A DNA stretch of 64,000 bases from Escherichia coli (GTDB taxonomy: Bacteria; Pseudomonadota; Gammaproteobacteria; Enterobacterales; Enterobacteriaceae). This document shows, piece after piece, positions 1-11,492 of this stretch. The notes beneath the pieces are model-generated. The model ran no database searches, was not told the DNA's origin, and saw only the letters and a list, made by a program, of their open reading frames with translations. The translations under genes and the position numbers were made by a program. The stretch is from NCBI RefSeq assembly GCF_030013595.1, contig NZ_CP122768.1; one strand, 5' to 3'. Position 1 is the first letter of the stretch, and every line of letters starts with the position of its first letter.

Positions 1-1
1 C

Positions 2-229
2 AATGATTGCGAGGTTATCGCAAGAAAACGTTTTCGCGAGGTTGATGCGGTGCTTTCCTGGCTGTTAGAATACGCCCCGTCGCGCCTGACTGGGACAGGG
101 GCCTGTGTCTTTGCTGAATTTGATACAGAGTCTGAAGCCCGCCAGGTGCTAGAGCAAGCCCCGGAATGGCTCAATGGCTTTGTGGCGAAAGGCGTTAATC
201 TTTCCCCATTGCACAGAGCCATGCTTTAA
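2..229 (+). CDS. ispE: 4-diphosphocytidyl-2-C-methyl-D-erythritol kinase, 3' end (partial; starts outside window)
   Basis: Reading frame from position 2 translates to ...[75 protein letters not shown] stop, matching the recalled IspE C-terminus; located directly upstream of prs as in E. coli. Confidence 0.8.
21..38. promoter_or_regulatory. Candidate PurR operator (near-palindrome caagaaaacgttttcgcg centred on acgt) upstream of prs, inside ispE
   Basis: Sequence seen directly; reverse strand gcgaaaacgttttcttg resembles the PurR box consensus ACGCAAACGTTTTCTT as I recall it. prs is a reported PurR regulon member. Not verified by matrix scoring. Confidence 0.4.
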
Positions 230-253
230 GCCGGGCAAGCTGAGTTTCGGTGA

Positions 254-1327
<1,074 letters not shown>

Positions 1328-1345
1328 TCGAACCCGGCTCAAAGA

Positions 1346-1367
1346 CCCGCTGCGGCGGGTTTTTTTG
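1346..1367 (+). terminator. Rho-independent terminator after prs (GC hairpin cccgctgcggcggg followed by T7)
   Basis: Hairpin plus U-tract seen directly 19 nt after the prs stop. Confidence 0.6.
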
Positions 1368-1451
1368 TCTGTAATATCCATTTGTATGACCTATGCCTCC
1401 TTCACCTGCCATTTAGTTGACAGATGATGCGCTCACGGATGAAACATTATT

Positions 1452-3131
1452 GTGAACAAAATATTTTCCTCACATGTGATGCCTTTCCGCGCTCTGATCG
1501 ACGCTTGCTGGAAAGAAAAATATACTGCCGCACGGTTTACCCGTGACCTGATTGCCGGGATAACCGTCGGGATTATTGCTATCCCGCTGGCAATGGCGTT
1601 GGCTATTGGTAGTGGTGTGGCACCCCAGTACGGTTTATATACCGCAGCTGTTGCGGGGATTGTCATTGCTCTGACGGGTGGGTCACGCTTTAGCGTTTCC
1701 GGTCCGACTGCGGCATTTGTGGTAATTCTCTATCCCGTTTCGCAACAGTTTGGACTGGCAGGACTGCTGGTCGCGACACTCATGTCAGGTGTCTTTTTGA
1801 TCCTGATGGGGCTGGCACGTTTTGGACGCTTGATTGAATATATTCCGGTTTCCGTGACCTTAGGTTTCACCTCGGGTATCGGGATCACCATCGGTACCAT
1901 GCAGATTAAAGATTTTCTCGGTCTGCAAATGGCCCATGTCCCGGAGCATTATCTACAAAAAGTCGGCGCATTATTTATGGCGCTGCCGACCATTAATGTG
2001 GGTGATGCAGCCATTGGCATTGTGACGCTTGGCATTCTGGTTTTCTGGCCGCGTCTGGGCATTCGTTTGCCTGGTCACCTTCCGGCCTTGCTGGCTGGTT
2101 GCGCGGTGATGGGGATTGTTAACCTGCTCGGCGGACATGTTGCTACCATCGGTTCGCAGTTCCACTACGTTCTGGCCGATGGTTCTCAGGGTAACGGTAT
2201 TCCGCAATTGCTGCCACAACTGGTGCTGCCGTGGGACCTGCCCAATTCAGAATTCACGCTAACCTGGGATTCTATTCGCACACTGCTGCCTGCGGCATTC
2301 TCAATGGCAATGCTCGGCGCAATCGAATCTCTGCTCTGCGCCGTGGTGCTGGATGGTATGACCGGAACGAAACACAAAGCGAACAGCGAACTGGTTGGAC
2401 AGGGACTGGGGAATATCATCGCCCCGTTCTTTGGTGGTATTACCGCTACAGCTGCCATCGCGCGCTCTGCCGCTAACGTCCGTGCCGGGGCAACTTCCCC
2501 TATCTCGGCGGTGATCCACTCTATTCTGGTTATTCTTGCCCTGCTGGTACTGGCACCGCTGCTCTCCTGGCTGCCGCTTTCCGCCATGGCTGCCCTGCTG
2601 TTGATGGTGGCGTGGAACATGAGTGAAGCGCACAAAGTGGTCGACTTGCTGCGTCATGCGCCGAAAGATGACATCATCGTCATGCTGCTGTGCATGTCGC
2701 TGACCGTGCTGTTTGATATGGTTATTGCCATCAGCGTGGGGATCGTGCTGGCATCGCTGCTGTTTATGCGTCGTATCGCACGTATGACTCGCCTGGCCCC
2801 GGTAGTCGTAGACGTTCCAGACGATGTTCTGGTTCTGCGCGTTATTGGCCCGCTGTTCTTTGCTGCCGCTGAAGGCTTGTTCACGGACCTGGAGTCACGT
2901 CTTGAAGGCAAACGGATTGTGATTCTGAAGTGGGATGCCGTTCCGGTACTTGATGCTGGTGGTCTTGATGCGTTCCAGCGTTTTGTGAAGCGTCTACCCG
3001 AAGGATGTGAACTGCGCGTGTGCAACGTGGAATTCCAGCCACTGCGCACTATGGCTCGAGCAGGCATTCAACCGATCCCGGGCCGCCTTGCTTTCTTCCC
3101 GAATCGTCGCGCGGCGATGGCGGATTTATAA
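1452..3131 (+). CDS. dauA: C4-dicarboxylate (succinate) transporter, SulP family with STAS domain, 559 aa
   Basis: ORF 1452..3131 (GTG start) gives [36 protein letters not shown]...; matches recalled DauA/YchM, same length and context. Confidence 0.9.
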   Translation: MNKIFSSHVMPFRALIDACWKEKYTAARFTRDLIAGITVGIIAIPLAMALAIGSGVAPQYGLYTAAVAGIVIALTGGSRFSVSGPTAAFVVILYPVSQQFGLAGLLVATLMSGVFLILMGLARFGRLIEYIPVSVTLGFTSGIGITIGTMQIKDFLGLQMAHVPEHYLQKVGALFMALPTINVGDAAIGIVTLGILVFWPRLGIRLPGHLPALLAGCAVMGIVNLLGGHVATIGSQFHYVLADGSQGNGIPQLLPQLVLPWDLPNSEFTLTWDSIRTLLPAAFSMAMLGAIESLLCAVVLDGMTGTKHKANSELVGQGLGNIIAPFFGGITATAAIARSAANVRAGATSPISAVIHSILVILALLVLAPLLSWLPLSAMAALLLMVAWNMSEAHKVVDLLRHAPKDDIIVMLLCMSLTVLFDMVIAISVGIVLASLLFMRRIARMTRLAPVVVDVPDDVLVLRVIGPLFFAAAEGLFTDLESRLEGKRIVILKWDAVPVLDAGGLDAFQRFVKRLPEGCELRVCNVEFQPLRTMARAGIQPIPGRLAFFPNRRAAMADL

Positions 3132-3140
3132 GTACGAGAT

Positions 3141-3168
3141 TGACCAGTCAGCGCAAACTGACTGGTCA
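3141..3168. terminator. Perfect 11-bp inverted repeat (tgaccagtcag / ctgactggtca) between convergent dauA and ychH; putative bidirectional terminator
   Basis: Seen directly; no strong U-tract on either side, so terminator function is uncertain. Confidence 0.4.
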
Positions 3169-3185
3169 GCAAACTGCAGTATTTG

Positions 3186-3464
3186 TTAGCTATGACGGCG
3201 ATTATCGCTACGGCGGCAACGTTTGTCATAGTGGCGAACCCACCAGTAACGGTCGCACACCTGTTCATGCCCGCCAACACGGGCCCCCGCCAGCCAGAGA
3301 ATGGCACCGACGAAAATACTTAGCACTGCACCATGTGCGAAATACTGGGGCATATTAAACTGTGGTAACTGGTTGAGGATTGAATACCCCACGCCGACCA
3401 CCATTACCACCAGACCCAACCCCATGAGCACGTTACCGAGTAACGAAGCGTTTTTGCGTTTCAT
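3186..3464 (-). CDS. ychH: Small inner-membrane stress-induced protein YchH, 92 aa
   Basis: ORF 3186..3464 (-) MKRKNASLLGNVLMGLGLVVMVVGVGYSILNQ...; matches recalled YchH size, sequence and position between dauA and pth. Confidence 0.85.
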   Translation of the reverse strand: MKRKNASLLGNVLMGLGLVVMVVGVGYSILNQLPQFNMPQYFAHGAVLSIFVGAILWLAGARVGGHEQVCDRYWWVRHYDKRCRRSDNRRHS

Positions 3465-3741
3465 ATGTCACCTCCGGAACTTTCTGGGTTGTAACAGGGA
3501 ATACCCCTCTTCCTTATGTGTAAAGTATAGACAACACCCTGTGGGTTATGTGCGGGCGTGATCACAATTACAACCCTTATTTCAACAAAACTTTACAAAT
3601 AAACGCCTGAACACCTTGACTTTCTAATAGTCCACTCAGGCAATTATTGCGTTATCTGCATTTGATACGCAGTTTTTTGTCAAGCGGGGCCGCAACCAGT
3701 AAACTACGCGCCAGTTATGTACACACTCAGGACAAAAAAAC

Positions 3742-4326
3742 GTGACGATTAAATTGATTGTCGGCCTGGCGAACCCCGGCGCTGAATACGCCGCAACGCG
3801 ACATAATGCTGGTGCCTGGTTCGTTGACTTACTGGCAGAGCGATTGCGCGCTCCGCTGCGCGAAGAGGCTAAATTCTTTGGTTATACTTCGCGAGTCACC
3901 CTTGGAGGCGAAGATGTCCGCCTGTTAGTCCCGACTACATTTATGAATCTCAGCGGCAAAGCCGTTGCGGCGATGGCCAGTTTTTTCCGCATTAATCCGG
4001 ACGAAATTCTGGTGGCCCACGACGAACTGGATCTGCCTCCTGGCGTCGCCAAATTTAAGTTGGGCGGTGGCCATGGTGGTCACAATGGACTGAAAGACAT
4101 CATCAGTAAATTGGGTAATAACCCTAACTTTCACCGTTTACGCATCGGAATCGGTCATCCGGGCGATAAAAATAAAGTTGTTGGTTTTGTATTAGGCAAA
4201 CCGCCTGTTAGTGAACAGAAGTTAATTGATGAAGCCATCGACGAAGCGGCGCGTTGTACTGAAATGTGGTTTACAGATGGCTTGACCAAGGCAACGAACC
4301 GATTGCACGCCTTTAAAGCACAATAA
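3742..4326 (+). CDS. pth: Peptidyl-tRNA hydrolase, 194 aa
   Basis: ORF 3742..4326 [35 protein letters not shown]...; canonical Pth N-terminus and length. Confidence 0.95.
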
Positions 4327-4442
4327 GTCGTTGTCTGCGGCATTTTTGCCGAGTGCCGTGTATAATAGGCAAAGTTATTTCCATTTCTGCAATCTGTTAG
4401 CAATAACAGGTTGATTATTAAGATATTAAGGTGATTTAAATC

Positions 4443-5534
4443 ATGGGATTCAAATGCGGTATCGTCGGTTTGCCCAACGTCGGGAAATCTACCCTGTTCA
4501 ACGCGCTGACCAAAGCCGGTATTGAAGCGGCCAACTTTCCATTCTGCACCATTGAGCCGAACACAGGCGTCGTACCAATGCCTGACCCTCGCCTGGATCA
4601 ACTGGCTGAAATCGTAAAACCGCAGCGTACGCTTCCCACGACCATGGAATTTGTCGATATCGCCGGTCTGGTAAAAGGCGCATCGAAAGGCGAAGGTCTG
4701 GGTAACCAGTTCCTGACTAACATCCGTGAAACCGAAGCGATCGGTCACGTTGTTCGCTGCTTTGAAAATGACAACATCATTCACGTTTCCGGCAAAGTTA
4801 ACCCGGCGGATGATATTGAAGTTATCAACACCGAACTGGCGCTGGCGGACCTCGACACCTGCGAACGTGCGATTCATCGCGTACAGAAGAAAGCCAAAGG
4901 TGGCGATAAAGACGCGAAAGCCGAGCTGGCGGTACTGGAAAAATGCCTGCCGCAGCTGGAAAACGCAGGTATGCTGCGCGCGCTGGATTTAAGCGCTGAA
5001 GAGAAAGCGGCTATTCGTTACCTGAGCTTCCTGACGCTGAAACCAACAATGTACATCGCCAACGTCAACGAAGACGGTTTTGAAAACAACCCGTATCTTG
5101 ACCAGGTGCGTGAAATCGCGGCGAAAGAAGGTTCTGTTGTGGTTCCGGTTTGTGCTGCTGTTGAAGCAGACATTGCCGAACTGGACGACGAAGAACGTGA
5201 CGAGTTTATGCAGGAGCTTGGGCTGGAAGAGCCGGGCCTGAACCGTGTGATCCGTGCCGGTTATAAGCTGCTGAACCTGCAAACTTACTTCACCGCTGGG
5301 GTGAAAGAAGTACGTGCATGGACCATTCCGGTTGGTGCAACCGCGCCGCAGGCCGCTGGCAAAATCCATACTGATTTTGAAAAAGGCTTTATCCGTGCAC
5401 AAACTATTTCGTTCGAAGATTTCATCACTTACAAAGGTGAACAAGGCGCGAAAGAAGCAGGCAAAATGCGTGCAGAAGGCAAAGATTACATCGTTAAAGA
5501 TGGCGATGTAATGAACTTCCTGTTCAATGTCTAA
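4443..5534 (+). CDS. ychF: Ribosome-binding ATPase YchF (Obg-family GTPase/ATPase), 363 aa
   Basis: ORF 4443..5534 [40 protein letters not shown]...; Walker [10 protein letters not shown] and TGS-like C-terminus. Confidence 0.95.
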
Positions 5535-5590
5535 TTAATTTGTTGTCTCATGAGGTTTCGCTAAATCTCATGAAGAGCGCAAAAGTATAT

Positions 5591-5616
5591 AAAATCCACG
5601 CAATTGCGTGGATTTT
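5591..5616 (+). terminator. Rho-independent terminator after ychF (aaaatccacgcaattgcgtggatttt)
   Basis: Perfect hairpin followed by T-run, about 55 nt after the ychF stop. Confidence 0.6.
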
Positions 5617-5779
5617 TCATTTCACCGAGTCCTAACCATTCTTATAACATCCTACACTTTTGTGCTTATTGCCTATAGTGAACCACCAGAATAATTAAAG
5701 ACATAAGTGTTCAGATGAGGGATATCTCATTAGCAATGAGATAACGTAAGTTTGTGTTCCACTGCACATCAGACACCTT

Positions 5780-6037
5780 TTACAGCTGATCAATATTGAT
5801 CACGCTCCAATATGCTGGCGAGAAAAGGACTTGCCTGAAGGGCAATATCCAGCAGATAAAGCCCCCGAATAACGTGATTACGTGCGATCCTGGCAAGATG
5901 AAAATGATAACCAGTAGCACGATAATAACGATAAGCCAGAAAATCCATTGATCAAAAATGAATATCGATGTTTTTTGCTTTTTCTTATTAGTAATGCAAA
6001 AATGGCTCATATTGTTTTTGTTATGCAGATACATCAA
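5780..6037 (-). CDS. Hypothetical small membrane protein (about 77-85 aa; basic N-terminus followed by one or two hydrophobic helices)
   Basis: Only ORF in the 0.84-kb ychF-ycgV spacer; predicted TM stretch LIVIIVLLVIIFILP...; AT-rich; no recognised family. Start codon uncertain (TTG at 6037 or internal ATG). Confidence 0.25.
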   Translation of the reverse strand: MMYLHNKNNMSHFCITNKKKQKTSIFIFDQWIFWLIVIIVLLVIIFILPGSHVITLFGGFICWILPFRQVLFSPAYWSVINIDQL

Positions 6038-6378
6038 GCGAAAATCCCATAACTAATTAGGATTATTACCAAAAATATTCACCAAATTATTTAACCGCTG
6101 TTTGTTGTAATGTTTTTGTCATATTCATAGTAACGAATTGGAATAAGTAACGACAACTTAGGGAATAACTCGATCTAAACTCACCTTTGTAAGGAGGATG
6201 TTAAATATATATTAATTCCTGTGTTCCTGATTTTGCCCGGTAATAGAGAATTATTCTCAGAGCAGCTCATCATGATTGCACCATACAAATATCATGATGA
6301 TAAGAGGATATTATGCATTGACTTAAACAAAATGACAAAATCCATAGACCCATAGCCTGGGTACTATATAGGAGTGGT

Positions 6379-9246
6379 ATGGGCATCAAACAACACAATG
6401 GGAATACCAAAGCCGATCGTCTCGCTGAATTAAAAATCCGTTCGCCCTCAATTCAACTGATAAAATATGGCGCTATTGGTTTGAATGCAATTATCTTTTC
6501 CCCCCTGCTGATAGCTGCTGATTTAGGAAGTCAAAATGGCACCAATATTACTATTAGTGATGGTGACAGAATTACAGGAGATACCGCCGATCCATCAGGA
6601 AACCTCTATGGTGTAATGACCCCAGCAGGAAACACGCCTGGCAATATCAACCTGGGTAATGATGTCACCGTCAATGTCAACGACGCCTCTGGATATGCAA
6701 AGGGAATCATTATTCAGGGCAATAACAGCTCCCTGACAGCTAACCGACTTACAGTAGATGTTGTTGGTCAAACCTCTGCCATCGGCATTAATTTAATTGG
6801 TGACTATACCCATGCTGACTTAGGCACAGGCAGCACCATTAAGAGTAACGATGACGGCATCATTATTGGACATAGCTCAACACTAACAGCCACTCAATTC
6901 ACCATTGAAAACTCGAACGGTATAGGCCTAACCATCAATGACTATGGCACCAGTGTCGATCTTGGAAGCGGAAGTAAAATCAAGACCGATGGAAGTACAG
7001 GTGTTTATATCGGTGGTCTCAACGGCAATAACGCCAATGGTGCTGCGCGTTTTACGGCGACAGACCTGACAATCGATGTTCAGGGCTATAGCGCCATGGG
7101 AATAAACGTACAGAAAAACTCTGTTGTCGATCTCGGAACAAACAGTTCCATTACAACCAATGGCGATAATGCACACGGCCTCTGGAGCTTTGGCCAGGTG
7201 AGCGCGAATGCACTCACTGTTGATGTAACTGGAGCCGCGGCAAATGGCGTCGAAGTTCGTGGTGGTACAACCACTATCGGTGCTGATAGCCATATTTCTT
7301 CCGCGCAGGGCGGTGGCCTCGTAACCAGTGGTTCAGACGCGACAATCAATTTTTCTGGCACGGCAGCGCAACGAAACAGCATCTTTTCCAGCGGTTCTTA
7401 TGGTGCCTCAGCCCAGACGGCAACGGCTGTTATCAACATGCAAAATACCGATATTACGGTTGATCGTAATGGCAGTCTGGCGCTGGGTTTGTGGGCGCTC
7501 AGCGGCGGTAGAATAACCGGAGACAGTTTGGCTATCACCGGCGCGGCAGGAGCCAGGGGAATTTATGCTATGACCAACAGCCAGATCGACCTCACGAGCG
7601 ATCTGGTCATTGATATGAGTACACCCGACCAGATGGCCATTGCAACGCAACATGACGATGGTTATGCCGCCAGCCGCATCAACGCCTCGGGTCGTATGCT
7701 TATCAACGGTAGCGTTCTTTCCAAAGGTGGGCTAATCAATCTGGATATGCACCCCGGGTCGGTTTGGACAGGTTCTTCCCTCAGCGATAATGTCAATGGC
7801 GGGAAACTGGACGTTGCAATGAATAACAGCGTCTGGAACGTAATAAGTAATTCTAATCTCGACACGCTGGCGCTGAGCCATTCAACTGTCGATTTTGCCA
7901 GCCACACGTCAACTGCCGGCACATTTACCACATTAAACGTAGAGAACCTGAGCGGTAACAGTACCTTTATTATGCGTGCTGATGTTGTTGGCGAGGGTAA
8001 TGGCGTTAATAATAAAGGGGATTTATTGAATATCAGCGGGAGTAGTGCTGGTAATCACGTATTGGCTATCCGTAACCAGAGCAGCGAGGCCACAACGGGA
8101 AATGAAGTTCTGACTGTGGTAAAAACCACTGACGGCGCGGCCTCGTTCAGCGCGTCTTCTCAGGTTGAGTTGGGAGGATATCTGTATGATGTGCGTAAAA
8201 ATGGCACTAACTGGGAGCTTTATGCTTCCGGGACAATTCCGGCGCCGACTCCTAATCCTGAGCCCACACCAGCTCCCGCTCAGCCCCCCATAGTCAACCC
8301 CGATCCTACGCCTAACCCCACTCCCACACCTAAACCCACCACGACCGCAGATGCTGGCGGCAATTATCTCAATGTCGGTTACTTATTAAACTATGTTGAA
8401 AACCGTACGCTGATGCAACGGATGGGTGACCTGCGAAATCAGAGTAAAGACGGAAATATCTGGCTGCGCAGTTATGGGGGAAGTCTGGACTCCTTCGCCA
8501 GTGGCAAACTGAGCGGCTTTGACATGGGTTACAGCGGTATCCAGTTTGGTGGGGATAAACGTCTCTCTGATGTAATGCCGTTGTATGTCGGTCTGTATAT
8601 TGGCTCAACACATGCATCGCCGGACTATAGCGGAGGCGACGGTACCGCACGTTCAGACTACATGGGAATGTACGCCAGTTACATGGCACACAGCGGTTTT
8701 TACAGCGATCTCGTTGTAAAAGCATCACGCCAGAAAAATAGTTTCCACGTACTGGACAGTCAGAACAACGGCGTTAATGCCAACGGCACTGCGAATGGAA
8801 TGAGTATCGCCCTGGAAGCCGGGCAGAGGTTCAACCTGACCCCTACTGGTTATGGGTTCTATATAGAGCCGCAAACCCAGCTCACATACAGCCACCAGAA
8901 TGAGATGGCTATGAAGGCGAGTAATGGCCTCAATATACATCTGAATCACTACGAATCGCTGCTGGGGCGTGCCAGCATGATACTGGGATATGACATCACC
9001 GCAGGCAACAGCCAGCTGAATGTCTATGTGAAGACTGGCGCTATCCGCGAGTTTTCAGGGGATACCGAATATCTGTTGAACAACTCCCGGGAGAAGTACA
9101 GTTTCAAAGGTAATGGCTGGAATAACGGCGTGGGAGTCAGTGCACAGTATAACAAACAGCACACATTCTATCTCGAAGCGGATTACACGCAGGGTAACCT
9201 CTTTGATCAGAAGCAAGTCAACGGAGGATATCGCTTCAGCTTTTAA
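6379..9246 (+). CDS. ycgV: Autotransporter adhesin (type Va secretion), 955 aa, with Pro/Thr/Asn-rich linker and C-terminal beta-barrel
   Basis: ORF 6379..9246; repetitive beta-helix-like passenger (GxxxG/T/N-rich), linker PAPTPNPEPTPAPAQPPIVNPDPTPNPTPTPKP, barrel ending ...GGYRFSF; size and position match recalled YcgV. Confidence 0.85.
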   Translation: MGIKQHNGNTKADRLAELKIRSPSIQLIKYGAIGLNAIIFSPLLIAADLGSQNGTNITISDGDRITGDTADPSGNLYGVMTPAGNTPGNINLGNDVTVNVNDASGYAKGIIIQGNNSSLTANRLTVDVVGQTSAIGINLIGDYTHADLGTGSTIKSNDDGIIIGHSSTLTATQFTIENSNGIGLTINDYGTSVDLGSGSKIKTDGSTGVYIGGLNGNNANGAARFTATDLTIDVQGYSAMGINVQKNSVVDLGTNSSITTNGDNAHGLWSFGQVSANALTVDVTGAAANGVEVRGGTTTIGADSHISSAQGGGLVTSGSDATINFSGTAAQRNSIFSSGSYGASAQTATAVINMQNTDITVDRNGSLALGLWALSGGRITGDSLAITGAAGARGIYAMTNSQIDLTSDLVIDMSTPDQMAIATQHDDGYAASRINASGRMLINGSVLSKGGLINLDMHPGSVWTGSSLSDNVNGGKLDVAMNNSVWNVISNSNLDTLALSHSTVDFASHTSTAGTFTTLNVENLSGNSTFIMRADVVGEGNGVNNKGDLLNISGSSAGNHVLAIRNQSSEATTGNEVLTVVKTTDGAASFSASSQVELGGYLYDVRKNGTNWELYASGTIPAPTPNPEPTPAPAQPPIVNPDPTPNPTPTPKPTTTADAGGNYLNVGYLLNYVENRTLMQRMGDLRNQSKDGNIWLRSYGGSLDSFASGKLSGFDMGYSGIQFGGDKRLSDVMPLYVGLYIGSTHASPDYSGGDGTARSDYMGMYASYMAHSGFYSDLVVKASRQKNSFHVLDSQNNGVNANGTANGMSIALEAGQRFNLTPTGYGFYIEPQTQLTYSHQNEMAMKASNGLNIHLNHYESLLGRASMILGYDITAGNSQLNVYVKTGAIREFSGDTEYLLNNSREKYSFKGNGWNNGVGVSAQYNKQHTFYLEADYTQGNLFDQKQVNGGYRFSF

Positions 9247-9345
9247 GTGGGGGATAGACAAGCCCTTAAACGATGCTGAAAATTGTTAGCGTGCGCCGGA
9301 ATGAAATACAGATCACTCTGATGTATCATAAATCGTTTCTGTCTT

Positions 9346-11265
9346 TCATACCCGGCGCTTAAACTGCCCTGCATCAATGCCATGTTGCTTCATTTTCCGC
9401 CACAGCGTAGTGCGGCCGATTCCAAGTAAAGCCGACATTTCCTGAATGCGACCGCCTGTGACCTGGGCTGCGTTAATAATTGCCTCTTTTTCAACTTCCG
9501 CAAATGACAGACTGGTGGAAAGGCGGGTGGCGCTGACATCATCTGTCGCCTGCTCGGTAAACAGATGTTCAGGTAAATCACTGACGCGAATGCGCCCGTT
9601 ATCACTACTCAGAGCAAGATTCTCGATGACGCTGTAAATTTCAAAATCGTTGCCTGGCCATGCACAAGAAACCAGGCGAGCGAGGGCATCGTCGTCAATT
9701 TTCAGACGCGTAGAGAAGCGTTTTTCAAGACTGCGTAATTTGTTATTCACCAGCGCCGGAATGCTGCCACGCCGCATACGCAGAGGCGGGATGGTAATTT
9801 CAAATGCATGCAGCGCGTAATACAGCTGGCGACTAAAGCGATTTTGTTCCACCAGCATTGCCAGGTCCGCGGTCGTTGTGGCAATCACTTTGACATCAAT
9901 GGGTATTAAACGCCGCGCATCCAGTCGCGTGATAACACCCTGCTTGATAACCTGAAGCAAAGCAGACTGTAACTCCACCGCCAGATATTCAATCTTTTCA
10001 AGAAACAGCGTGCCGCCGTGCGCCAGTTCCAGCCGACTCAGACGGCCATTTTCATTATCCGTGCGATCGCCACCAATAAATTCTTCCGCCAGCGCCGCAT
10101 CACCATATAACTCACAATTGACGGCAATATAAGGCCCCGCTGCACGCTCGCTTTCATTATGAATTGCCTGACTTAGCAGTGCCTTGCCCACGCCCTCTTC
10201 TCCACAAAGCAGGACAGGAAAGCTACTACGCGCCGCCTGGCGACCAAAATGAATCAAGCGGCGGGTTTGCGGATCGTCCTGTGGCATATGAGCGAAAGTA
10301 TGGCTGACTTTTCCTAATTGACTGGTCATTAACTGCCGCATCTGTTCCACAGGATGGAGCAACAAAATAAAGCTGGTTCCCTGCGTTTCTATTATCGGTT
10401 TAAGGGTTATCACCGCATCAATAAACTGGTGCTGGCTTTCAAAGGTTGCTTCTACGTGTTTGAGCGGATGTGCCTGTTTTATTGCTTGTTGCAATACGGC
10501 GGGTAACGTTAAGAGTTCAGTGATTGCCCTTCCCTGACTTGCCGTCGCGTCAAGGCGCAAGGCCCGCGCCGCCTGGGCGTTGATAAATTGCAAATTACCC
10601 TGCTCGTCCCAGCTAATCACGCCATCATCCATACTTTCTAACAGGGCATTAAGTTGATTTAAATGACGGTTAGTTTCAGCGAGCAAACTGTCCGTCAGCA
10701 GTAAATTACCGACCTCGCGGGCGATTGCTAACGTCAACGGCAAATCAGCTGCGGTAGTTTGCTCAACCGGACACGCCAGCGCTATTGTTCCCGTCAATCG
10801 GCCCTTGCTGTCAAACAACGGCGTTGCACAAAAGGCCCAGTTCCAGAGTGCCTGTTTGAAATGTTGATCGGCCATCGTTTTCACGGCCTGACCAGAGATA
10901 GCCGCTAACGATAGCGCACAAGTACCAATAATTCCCTCGGCGCAATACGTGCCGTCATTGAATCCCAGTGTACTTAGTTGCTGCAAGGTTTGCGGATCGC
11001 CATTACGGCTGAGAATGCAGGCGGTTTCATCGAGGATAAACAACGCACACTCTCGCGGTGCCATATATTCCCAGGCATCTTCCAGCGCAGCCTGCCCGAG
11101 CGTCAGCATCGCTTTCTTACGCCGATAAATAGACGCAAATGTCACGCCCTGGGCCTGGTGTGGTACGTTCCATGTCTCCCGTTTCATCAGCTTATTGCAT
11201 CTCTCCCAGGAGGTTGCAATTAAGGGAGATATGCCCCGACCATCGTTGTTAAAAGCGCCACTCAT
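9346..11265 (-). CDS. dhaR: Dihydroxyacetone-kinase operon transcriptional regulator, 639 aa (GAF/PAS, AAA+-like, C-terminal HTH)
   Basis: ORF 9346..11274 (-); product from MSGAFNNDGRGISPLIATSWERCNKLMKRETWNVPHQ... matches recalled DhaR; divergent from dhaKLM. Confidence 0.9.
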   Translation of the reverse strand: MSGAFNNDGRGISPLIATSWERCNKLMKRETWNVPHQAQGVTFASIYRRKKAMLTLGQAALEDAWEYMAPRECALFILDETACILSRNGDPQTLQQLSTLGFNDGTYCAEGIIGTCALSLAAISGQAVKTMADQHFKQALWNWAFCATPLFDSKGRLTGTIALACPVEQTTAADLPLTLAIAREVGNLLLTDSLLAETNRHLNQLNALLESMDDGVISWDEQGNLQFINAQAARALRLDATASQGRAITELLTLPAVLQQAIKQAHPLKHVEATFESQHQFIDAVITLKPIIETQGTSFILLLHPVEQMRQLMTSQLGKVSHTFAHMPQDDPQTRRLIHFGRQAARSSFPVLLCGEEGVGKALLSQAIHNESERAAGPYIAVNCELYGDAALAEEFIGGDRTDNENGRLSRLELAHGGTLFLEKIEYLAVELQSALLQVIKQGVITRLDARRLIPIDVKVIATTTADLAMLVEQNRFSRQLYYALHAFEITIPPLRMRRGSIPALVNNKLRSLEKRFSTRLKIDDDALARLVSCAWPGNDFEIYSVIENLALSSDNGRIRVSDLPEHLFTEQATDDVSATRLSTSLSFAEVEKEAIINAAQVTGGRIQEMSALLGIGRTTLWRKMKQHGIDAGQFKRRV

Positions 11266-11492
11266 ATCCCGCATCCCTTATGACAAAAGGTGTTCCGGCT
11301 CGCAATTTTAAGTATTAATACACGTAAAAGTTTCAATATGGAACATTCATTAAAGCATATGTTTCACTATGAAACATAATTTGGGCTAATTTTCTTTTCC
11401 CTTGCCTGATGCACAATGGATTCATCGGCAGTCAGTGGTCGCCGTGTCGTTGAACATCATCCATGCCCTACCGTAATTGCTGGAGCAAAATA

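Noticed and set aside
4155-4877. 240-aa antisense ORF across pth/ychF
   Set aside because: Lies entirely antisense to two well-supported conserved genes; no RBS or homology support.
5780-6037. Interpretation of the small membrane ORF as a type I toxin (Hok/Ldr-like)
   Set aside because: No matching toxin family signature and no obvious antisense RNA partner or long direct repeats; kept only as a hypothetical small membrane protein.
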